In this document: positions 45,459 through 55,889 of the stretch, piece after piece
Layout of the letters: each line of letters begins with the position of its first letter
How positions within the stretch are numbered: position 1 is the first letter of the stretch
DNA from: Podarcis erhardii
Lineage: Eukaryota
Reading direction: 5' to 3' (one strand)
Assembly: GCA_964252035.1 (NCBI GenBank)
Contig: OZ176201.1
DNA: 64,000 nt
Position numbers and translations under genes: made by a program
Notes under the pieces: generated by a model
What the model saw: the letters and a program-made list of their open reading frames with translations, nothing else
Databases searched by the model: none
Told to the model about the DNA's origin: nothing

Positions 45459-46299
45459 GTCTCCTACATTTTTGGACCAGAGGCACATTTGGAAATCTAA
45501 TAAACTTTTGTGGGTACCACAAAATATCTATTTACAGAAGGGCACTGCTCAGCACCCCTCTCCCTAAAACAGGCAAAAACACCTACACCCCAATGATTAA
45601 AATGCAGACAGAAAAAGCAGAAACAAGCAGCCCCTCAACAAACATCAAAAAAGTGTTTTTTAAAAAAGATATTGGAAGTTTAAGGGAGCTTGGTGTGCAC
45701 CAAGGGTGTGCCTGAGGGTGTGATGGTGCTCATAATGGGGACCCTAGACCTATAGGGGAGCTAACTGCCCCACAAGGTGCACTTCTGGTGAGACTCCTGT
45801 CACCTACCAGTTTCATTTGCTCAGAGGCAAATGTGTGTCATGGACAGCAGCCCCAAGCATTGCCCCTGGTCAAACACTTCTTTTGTGGTTATGATAGACA
45901 GCCATTTGATGTATCATGCCATTTACCCCACTCTTCCTAATGTAATCCTCTCATTTCAATCCTCTGTATTATATGGATTTTAAGGATATTTCCCATGACA
46001 TATCTGGCATTTCTTGTGGGACATGTAAACCGAGAGAAAAGGCTCTTTTGCTGCTGCTGCTGAAAATCTCTTCTTGGTCTTTTTATGTAACTCAAAAAGC
46101 AAGGACTCTTAAGATGGTATACTTGATACAACCCTTGCTGATTCTGTTCTGTTGGCTTTACTTGTGATTGTGCTCAGGTAAGTTCAGGATCTGTTAGTTC
46201 AATAGAGCCCAGAGGCTGGCAAAAGGTTTTTGCCTCTGCCTAAGGAGGAGACTCCACTATGATACCATGTGTGATATTATTATTGTTAATAACAACTTA

Positions 46300-46468
46300 C
46301 CGTATTTTTTGCACCATAACACTCACTTTTTTCCTCCTAGAAAGTAAGGGGAAATGTCTGTGCGTGTTATGGAGGGAATGCCTACGGGTGGCATGCCTAC
46401 GGATTTTCCTCCTCTAAAAACTATGTGCGTGTTATGGTCGGGTGCGTGTTATAGAGCGAAAAATACGT
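46300..46468. mobile_element. TcMar-Tc2-like MITE, 169 bp
   Basis: TIRs ccgtattttttgcaccataacac / gtgttatagagcgaaaaatacg; TA at 46298-46299 and 46469-46470; internal tgcgtgttat repeats. Confidence 0.85.
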
Positions 46469-47429
46469 TATTTGGCATTCTAACCAGCAGAAAAGGTAAT
46501 CTGCTTTGTTCTTACAACACTTATGTGAGGTAAGTGAGCACAATCTATTCATAATAATGGGGCACCTCCCTGAATAAGGGTATTTCAAGCCCGTGATCAC
46601 CATGTCATGGACTTGGGGTGCTCCATCTTAGATCCGAGACTGTGACCAAATACAGACTGCATCAAGTCAGTTTTTCAGAACTCATTATTTTGTGACATTT
46701 TGGTAAGTGCTAACGAAGGTATTTTGCCTGGCCCTAATAAAAGCATTGCATGACTATGGATTTGGAGGTTTTTCTTTAGCTTTGTTTGCTAGTCAAAGTA
46801 GTAGCTGAAAAACAGGCAACTTTTCATTTCTGGAGAAGATCCTACATCCTATTCTTTCTCATTGCTAAGGAACAGCTTGAGCTAACTGGCAGGACATTCA
46901 TATGCATGCCTACTCAAAACACAAGTCCCACTGAGTTCTATAGTAAATGTGTGTAGGATTGCTGCCTAAATTAAGGGATCGCTACTACCAATAAGAACTC
47001 CCAAACACAAAATATTTAGCGTGGAAAATAAAAGCAACCTGGGCAGCTACCGTGCAATGGGGAGATTCCGTGTTGCTGCTCATATAACAGGATCTCCCAA
47101 CAGAGAGATCTACTGTATTTGCATCCCAATCTTACGGGTGTCAGTTGCTCTCCAGTAAAGGCCAGTTTCCAACGGCACTTGATCCCAACCATGCGTCCAT
47201 GAGATTAGAGCCTCAGTCAGTGCCTAGGGATTCCTAACAGATCACTGGACTGCGATCAACCAGCTATTACAGCGTGTTTAATGTGAGCAGAGGACAAGAG
47301 GGCAATGAGCTAACAGCCTCAGGAGCAGTCTTGACCGTCAAAGCAAAACAGATCAAACATAACATTAGCACGACAGATATAGAGTCGAGGCCGGGGCACC
47401 CCAAATGCTTTGCGGGGCGAGGGGGCGCC

Positions 47430-47900
47430 CAAGCCCAGCCCTGTTCCGCGGGGAGTCCCCCGGAGCCGCGCGCCCATAAAGCGTTATTAATAGGCCGCGG
47501 GCGGCGGCTCCGGGAATCCCCGCTGGGTCTGCGGCCGAGGCGCCCGTGATTAATGGGCCGCGGAGGCGAGGCTGCTCCCTCCCTCGCCCGCCTCTCGCTT
47601 AATGCAGCCGGGAGCCAGAGAGGCGTTATCCGGCGCTTTATCTCCCGGCGGGGTCTCTCTGCTAATACTCCAAATGGGCGCTCTCGCCTCGCCCTGTTTA
47701 CAGCCCCCTTCGGCGGACGCCCCCCTGATGAATGGACATTAGCACTTTTTCGCACTACTGTATCAACAAAAAGAGCTGCAGGGCCGCAATAATGGCGGGA
47801 AAAGCAAACACTCGTCCGGCCAGATTGGGCGCGTCTGCTCTGTGTCCGCCTGATGGATGAGCCGGGCCTGACAGGCCGAGGCTCGGGAGGCTGCGGGGCC
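47430..47900. promoter_or_regulatory. Probable homologue of the mouse Nkx2-5 AR2 GATA/Smad cardiac enhancer, inside a CpG island (about 47.3-48.2 kb)
   Basis: The minus strand reads ctcatccatcagg...tttgcttttcccgccattattgc...ttttgttgatacagtagt...agataaag, which matches blocks I recall from published mouse/human/chick AR2 alignments. Motifs: GATA (AGATAA 47643-47638, GGATAA 47631-47626, TGATAC 47765-47760), Fox TGTTTAC 47695-47701, GTCT 47833 and GGCGCC 47539. The homology is from memory and needs an alignment. Confidence 0.7.
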
Positions 47901-50900
47901 CGGCAGCCTCCTGGCAGCGCAGCCCAAACACGCAGCCGAGGGAGGAAGACGCTAGGGCCCCCCTAGAGCCCCCCCTCCGAAACCCGGGAGAGAGGGGCCC
48001 GCAGGGGTCGCTGGGGAAATGGGCAGCCGCTAGGCCTCAGGAGCCACGGGGCGACCCTGCGTTTATCGGAGGGGGCCGCATGCGGGGGTGTCACGAGGGC
48101 CTTTTGCCGCACACGCATCTGCTTCCGACACTTAGGTCCTAAAGGCTGCTACCCTTCCCCACGTGCAAGGCTGCTGGGCTGCTTAACAGAACTGCAAGGA
48201 CTTGAGGATCTTCACTTTCCGCTCCTCCTAATTCAGTTTCCTTTTGCGATGCCAAAAGCAGAGTGGAGAAAGGACATGTGAAGCTCACTGTTGGGGGGCC
48301 ACCACAAGGCCTTAGGGAGCCCAAGAGCAGGAAGCTGGTGTGTCCCAGGGGCTCTCCTGAAGAAATCTTCGGAGCATGGGGACAGGACCTGTAACAGGAG
48401 CAAAAGAAAGCAAAGGGAAGTGGGATGGTTTCTAACTGGAAGGGAAAATGAAAGTAGGCCTGGAAAGAAGTGGGTTTGTTCGTGTAGGCCTGCGTGAAAA
48501 AGAAGCAGGGTGGCGTGCACTGCCTGTAGGTTGACCAAGATAGAGTGGGGTGGAATGTTTAGAGCCCAAATAAAATATTACATCTCTCTTTGGGAAAGAT
48601 GCTAGAGACACAAACAGTGGAACTAGCTTTGCCTTGGGATAACCATTTGTTTGTAGGAGGAGCTCATGAATACCACAGGTTCTTTAGATAAAAGGGTATA
48701 TTCTGTTGCACATCCAAGACTGATGGATGGAGAAATCTGTCCAGTTATTATTTTTGCTACTAAGAAGGAAATCCTGTAAGCAATCTCTTGCATATTATTT
48801 ACCATAAATCAATATTGTTAACGTGGAATAAAAAGCTGTTATATAATAGAATCTACATTATGGCTCACATACATTTTATATCCAGTTACGGATTGGTTGG
48901 CAGTGCAGCAAGAAAAGAATTATAGCATCAACCAGTTGTAGGAGTGGGGTATCTAGGAAATCAAGTCTATCTGATCCAGATAAAGGTTTGATAATACTAC
49001 ACAAACATACTTAGTATTTTTATTCCCAGGAAGCAGTGAGGGGGAAATGACATCAGTTAGCTGAAACTCATTTTGTTTCCAAAATTTGCTCATTGATTGA
49101 TATGTGCATGCATCTATAGGCTAGCGAAAAGCTGAAACCCAGCTGTTCTCCTGCCAAGATGAAAATTAATTCACAACCTACAGCTCAGATATCAAGTAAA
49201 TGAATTAATTTCAGCTAAGTCACCTTTATAATTTAATGAAAGGGCAACATTCATTGACCAAACAGCATTTTTCAAACAAACAAAAATGCAAGTACTTATA
49301 CAAGCTGTCTAACTATGGTAAGCACTATCTTAAAAGAGATATTCTGCCTTTTCTTTCACATAGGGGATAATGCCGCTTCTAAGATTATGGTTGCTAGGAC
49401 ACTCATACATTATCTGAAAACACAGTGTGCTGCTTCCTTCAGAAATTCTTCTTTCAGAAATATTGTTTTTACCCTCATACAAATGTAAACACTTTCATTA
49501 TTAATTTGTAAGTTTCAGCTCAATTATCAACAAAGGTTGACAACTTCCACAGTCTATTCTTAGGCATGTTTATTAAGAAGCAAGTTCCACTGAGTTCAAC
49601 AGAGCTTATGAAAGTGTCTGCACAGGGTTGCAATTTTAGTTACAGTACTTAAATTTTATTTCAAGCGTATTCTCTTTAAAAAAAACCACCAGAAACCTTT
49701 AAAGTCACACCTTGTTTTTAGGCAATTTAATTTTCTAGAGAAGGTTGTGGGGGTGGTTTGTTGCTGGCTCTGGTTCTGAACTGTGTGCAGTCTGCTGGAG
49801 GTCTCTGTTTGTAAACTCTGAGTTTCTGATTCCTTAGCCCTAATTGAGAGCCAGCACTTCTGTGTGTTGTGGGTGTATTAAGAGCTAGGATTCCAGCAGC
49901 AGGCTATTAGCAGTTCCTTGAGTAAATCTTTGTAGATTTCTTCCTGCTTTCCACCTCCCCCATTTTCTTGACTGCAGAAGCTACTGGAGAAAATGGTCTT
50001 GTTGACATTGCTTCTGGCTTCTTAACACTTATGGGGACATTAGGCGCCAGTTCAAATACACTGTGTTCCACTTGTAGTGTACATGCTCCCTTTTTATAAA
50101 CACAGCTTTATAGCTCTGACATGCTTGTCAAAATTCATTGACAAACATTTTGGATGATGTACAACTTCTACATATACTGGACAAAGGTGAGCTCGTAACA
50201 AATTCTCTGCCGCTGGGAAAATAATCTAAAAGGCAATACCCTCATTCATCCTGGGGATCTATCTTAACATGGTCTTTTAACTCTGAAGTATTTTAGAAAT
50301 GTTAAGGGAGGTTTCCCATTGAAAATAAAGACTAAGGAGAACTAAAAACAGCAGTAGGAGAGCTTGCCTCAGATAAATCCAATTTTATTCACAGCTTTTG
50401 TTAAACATCAGAAAATCAGACAGATGCAGCTAAATGGGAATCTGCCTTCAAGATAGGCAATACACCTATTGATAAGAAAATGGGAAGAACAGGGCTTGTA
50501 CAAATACCATTAATCTACAGGTCGCAATGAAAAATAATACATAATACCAAAAGTTTGAGGCGGCTATTCCCCCTCAGGTGTGGTTTCTGCAGCCACCCAG
50601 TTCTACACAGCAAGCAGAAATTCACCCAGAGAGGCAGTGATGGGGGACAGCTCCTCTTGCTGAATTTATGTTTGTCATAGCTGAGAAAGACTGGGAGCCC
50701 CACTAGGAAAAGAAAATTGGCAATCCTCAGGTGGTCTCTGGCAAATGTCAAGTAAGAAAGCCAACAGTGCATTGGGTGAACTTTGCTGTGCTTGGAAAGC
50801 ACTGAAAAGAAGATCAACACTAACCTAAAGGTCTTGCAAAGTCAGAAACAAATGGCTAACACTGCAATCCTATACATGTCTCCTCAGAAGTAAGCCCCAT

Positions 50901-52277
50901 CCACTTCAGTGGGACTTAGGCACAGGTAAGCAGCTACAGGATCACAGCCCAAATCTCTCATCCCTAAAGACCCTGCTAAGGTGGGATCCCACAGTTTCAA
51001 GGTCAGAGTCTGGCAATATTTGAAAATAGTAATTTGGCCGAGGCTTGGATATTTGATCCTGGTTTTCGATATGGTTGTCATTCTACATTGATTTATACCT
51101 CACTTATTTTTTTTTTACAAAAAGTGCAGAAGACAGCTTACATTAAATTGGTATAACAAAGCAAGAGAAAATGCATTTCAAAAACGGTGGAGGGCCAACG
51201 AGCAAGTAAACACCAAGTGGTTTATCAGCCATTTTGCATTGCCGGAAACGCCATTCTTCAAACTAACAGCTGACATTATAAAGCGCCAGCAGCAACCAGC
51301 ACGCATAAAGCTAGACATTAGAGTTGCGAAGTATTTGTAGGGAAAGCACTTTGTACGCCGTCCTCCTAACAGGAAGGAGATGCGCTGAATGAAAGGAGGC
51401 TTATTTCCAAGTCAATAGCTTCATAGACGTGTATGTTAGTCAGCGGCCTGTTTGGGAGGTCGGGGAGAATGTACTTAAAGGAAAGTACTTCTGATTAACT
51501 GGTCAGCGTGAGAGTGGCTTTCAAAGGATATCTATTTGTCATTCACTGGTGCTTAGGTAACTGTTCAGAGGCTGGACACCGACAGTTATTATCAAAGTTG
51601 CGGGGGAAACACCCGGTTTCCTTCTGGAACCATAGAAAGAGACGCACGCGCAAAAGTAAGCTGTCCGGCGTCCCTATCTTGAGCACACTCAATTAATTTG
51701 GAAATAAGATTCTTCGAAGCAAGTGTGATGGGGCCGTCGTTTAATGAGACCCTTTGCATTGTTGCATTTATTTAAACTGTAGTACCCACTGCTGGGAGGC
51801 AGCTGTTTCTGCGGCATTTGTTGCAAAAGGGAAGGAAAGAATCTACCACAAGTGTAGCCCTATTAGGGCAGCTCTCCTGTGGGTGTATTACGAGATGCTT
51901 CTCTCTCTGCCAAACAGGCCGTCCACGCGGTACATATAGAATACAGAGTCGTCGAGGTTTCAGCTGCAAAGCGATGGAGACTCTGCGGTCTGTCTGCCGC
52001 ACACGATGCTTTGCGAGGGGGGCCTGGTGGTTTTGGTCTTGCAAGCTTTCTGGTAATGGGCGTTGAGAAACCGAATCTCTTTGGCCAACATCCCTCTCCC
52101 CTTCCACCTCTTCTTAGAAACACCAGTTCATTTTTTTTTTTAATGTTTTGCTTTGTTTACCCCATGAGAACTTCCAAACCGGTAAAAACTGGAAGGAATG
52201 AAATTGACATGCCCGGGAGAAACTCGATCTGTACAGAACAGATTGAGGAGGAGGGTGAAATTGTCCAAGTGGAGAGG

Positions 52278-52280
<3 letters not shown>

Positions 52281-52332
<52 letters not shown>
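52281..52332. repeat. (TC)26 microsatellite
   Basis: Read directly. Confidence 0.97.
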
Positions 52333-52334
<2 letters not shown>

Positions 52335-52439
52335 GGTGGGGGGGAATCTGCGGTATCTCTCTATCTAAAATGCCAGGCAGCGACTAAGAGCCATTAGTTT
52401 AGATCCGCCCCCTCTCTCCTTCTCTCTCTCTCCCCTCCC

Positions 52440-52560
52440 CCCACCTAAAAATGACTTCCCACCGGGGAAGATAAAGACGGCGATAGAGTTTCTTAAATAG
52501 CCGCCCCTCTCCCCCTTTCCTGGCGTTATCAGGGGGAGATAGTGCCGCTGGGCAGGGCCA
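52440..52560. promoter_or_regulatory. GATA-dense candidate distal cardiac enhancer
   Basis: AGATAA 52469-52474, CGATAG 52481-52486, TGATAA(-) 52531-52526 and AGATAG 52537-52542, plus A/T-rich CTATTTAAGA(-) 52500-52491, all within about 75 bp. Confidence 0.5.
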
Positions 52561-54537
52561 GGTCATGCTATCTGTGGTCTTGGCTGCCGTCCCCAAACGC
52601 TGCCTTGTCAGGGGAGACGCCACCCGCATTAGGACCCAGACTGGACTCCTTCCGTCCTCGGTCACTCACCAGCCCCCGCTCCCAAGACAAGACCTCCTCT
52701 TTCCCAGGAGTATTAGGCAGGCTCCAGCTCAGAGCTGAAAGGGGATGAAGAGAGGAGCGATGGGGAGATGGTGGGTGACTTGATCTCTGGTGCTACCGTC
52801 GTTCTCTAACCTCTCTTCGTTTGGATCCAGTTAGGAAAGCAAGCTTTGGAGGAGACCATAGGAGCGGTGGGAGGTGGGAATGTCAACTGGGATCAGTCTG
52901 TCCTCAGCCAAACTCGTGCAGGTCTTTGGAGAAAGTCAAGCGGAGGACACGCTTCGAGGGTGGCTTCCTTACAGTTCCACAGGCACGTTATTTAGCGTGG
53001 GTATCCCTTGTATATTCCAGTACAATTATTTATTTAAAACACACACATACAAAGCTGCAGTCTTAAGCATATTTACATGGAAGTAAGGCAGCAGACTGTA
53101 TAAAGCAACGGGACTTACCTCTGAGAATTTTTTTGTGTGTTCTGCTTTGTGGTTGTTGCTGCAATAGGGTCCCCCAGTTTTTCTTTAACAGTAGTTGAGG
53201 AATAAATCAACTGAAATCTATGACGGTTGAATAAATGTTTCAACACCAGGATGTATAATCCCACTTTCTTCTACAGAACTTCTCCCCAAGGTGTAAGTGG
53301 CGTGTCTAAGCTTGGTGCTTCATCCTATTAAAACTATCAACTCGCCATTCGGAAACCTTTATGTTAAAAAGTATTCCAGTACCGAGGATATCATGAATAA
53401 AATTTACAGACTGTATACAATTACATGATATTCTTAAAATGTAAAATAAAAAGCGGAGAATTCTAGGACGCAGAATAAGGTGCTTGATATCAGTAGGCTT
53501 AATTATTCATTGGATTTTGACTACTTCGATCTTCAGTAGAAATTGAGAAATCTCCTTGATGCAACCATTAAGACACTAGTAAGATTTTGAAATCGAGAGC
53601 CACTATATTCAGTCCGGCGAAAAAGAGATATAGGGAGAGAGGAGGCTTCTGCCAATGTATCGTTTGCTGGAATAGGAATTTTGGAAGTGTAGAAAGCATT
53701 TCGTATTATATCTACTCCCTTTCTGTTGTCTTCAGCAATGCAATCCATGTGCATTAGGTGCACATCTAATACCAATATTAATTTTCATTCCAGTGCAACT
53801 AGTCATGCCTAATTCCTTTGTTTTTATTTTTAAATGTCGACAGAGTAGCTTGGGGCTCTTAATTCTTTTTAAAGCGTCTGATGAGGTTAGGATCTTCATA
53901 ACTTGTGGAAAGAGATTTATTACGGAAGGTGAGAGAAACACCGAAAACGACAAGGTTCTTAGCACATGATCAGTCACTTTGAAGACATTTCCATCAAAGT
54001 CAATGGGACTAAATTCCCAAGAAAACAGATTTAACAACGGGTTATTGATGAATCGTCCTCCCGCGGAAAACCATACCAAAAATACTGCCAACCAGATCTG
54101 AACGCGATTTGAAACGTGTAGAACAGGACAGGATTTAAATTTCGCTAGTTCTGATTTAATTCGTTTATATAAAGCAGTGAAATCTCCCCACCCTGCTCGC
54201 CTAAGGTCGGGTAAAACGCATCCATAGCTTGTGTGTGACAAAATTAAAGGCTGCCTTCGATTTGTGAAATAATTGCGTCTGCTGATACATACTACCGACA
54301 AATGCTTTCAGCACCAGAAATATAATCTGATCCTGATTTAATCTCTTGGGATCAAAGAAACAGGAATGGAATGCAAATGATCGGGATGAAAAATTCAGTT
54401 TCCAGCATGTTCCGCTCTTTGGGGGGCAGGAAGGGATGCGGAGTTAGGTCATAATATTCTATCCCGCGGCTTGTTTAAAATGAGCACATTGCAGTTTGAA
54501 AAGCCTGCCCAGCCTTTATAAGATCCTGAATCGCAAG

Positions 54538-54733
54538 CATAGGAGCCAACTCCTAGGGGCCGAGGTCCTTTCGCCCCCCCCCTGAAATATTTGAGGGGGC
54601 CTCCCCCCCAAATTGATGGGCATTGCCATTCAAATAGAGAGTGTATGTGCACCATATCATGTGATCGATGATACGGGGCGGGGCTTACCTACTCCCCCTC
54701 CCCACAAATATTTTATTCAAGTTGGCACCCCTG
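54538..54733. mobile_element. Complete hAT MITE, 196 bp, with a perfect 8-bp TSD
   Basis: Imperfect TIRs cataggagccaact / agttggcacccctg; TSD atcgcaag at 54530-54537 and 54734-54741. Confidence 0.9.
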
Positions 54734-55623
54734 ATCGCAAGGAAGGTGTGAGGGACAGGAGAAATCTGTTTGTCAAGTCAGCCAAGCTGACTGGAGTCCA
54801 CAGATTGCGGTTTTGTGGATATAAAGTAGCCCCGTAGATTTTGGGAGAGTGGATCGTCATCCGGAGGGAAGGGTGATGTCCTCCAGTGAGTTCCGTTTCT
54901 ACGGTCCTTCTGGCACCCATCCTTACGCGTGTTTACTCGGAAGTAAGACTCACCGAGTTCCGTGAGACTCAACTTCCAAGCCTTGCATGTATGTATAACA
55001 TACGATGTTAAGATTTAGTTCGTAGGATGATCGGCTGTTTGAAACTAACCAGAGGACCATTTTGCTCAGAGAACACGTTAGGTGGACCACCACCGCACAC
55101 AAATAAAGTATGTTCGGGTTTCTCCGCAAGCGAAGCCAATTCGAATCAAAAATAGCCCCGCTTAATTAAAGAATCGCGTAGCAGCCCTGCAATCCTCTTT
55201 AAAGGACTTAAAAGAAAATTATCTGCTAGCAACTCCGTGAGAAATAAATGTTTTTTTGATCCGTCTCATCCCTGAATTCGGATCAAAGCAGGCATAAGCC
55301 GGGAGGGGGGGAGCGTGGCCACCAGGAAGGGCTGCTTTTGCTAGCCGTGGAATGGGACAAGGAAATGGTGAACTCGCATTGCAAAGTTTAATTTATCATT
55401 TCTCCCAGCCATTTTATATAAAAAAAATGACGGCGTGCCGTCCTGGTTAAGAGGCTTCATTATAAAGGTTGGTTGACATCGCGATTGTCGTTATTTTATT
55501 TTTAAAACCGAGAGTGACTTTTGAAAGCCTTGCGGACGTTTCCATTCGCTGTTCACCCCGAGCTCGGCATCCGTTGCTGCAGCGTATGCCTCATTTCATC
55601 CACCTTTTATGATTTACCTAGAC

Positions 55624-55889
55624 CAGGGGTCAGCAACCTTTGTCAGCCATGGGCTTGTCTACCGTCGCTCAGACCATGTTGTGGGCCGGACTACATTTTT
55701 TTTTTTTTTTTTTTGCGGGGGAGAATGAACCAATTCCTATGCCCCACAAATAACCCAGAGATGCATTTTAAATAAAAGCAGACATTCTATTCATGTAAAA
55801 ACCACGCTGATTCTCGGACTGTCCGCCGGCCAGATTGAGAAGGCGATTGGGCTGCATCCGGCCCACGGGCCTTAGGTTGCCTACCCCTG
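55624..55889. mobile_element. hAT (Charlie-like) MITE, 266 bp
   Basis: TIRs caggggtcagcaacct / aggttgcctacccctg; decayed TSD acctagac / cccatgac. Confidence 0.8.

Noticed and set aside
53732-54301. 189-aa minus-strand ORF, the longest outside the genes
   Set aside because: It has no ATG-based start or domain similarity and its composition is not protein-like. The region is more plausibly non-coding regulatory DNA.
55316-55334. TGGCCACCAGGAAGGGCTG CTCF-like motif
   Set aside because: The first 11 bases match, but the KGGC core is disrupted (AAGG), so it is too weak to call.
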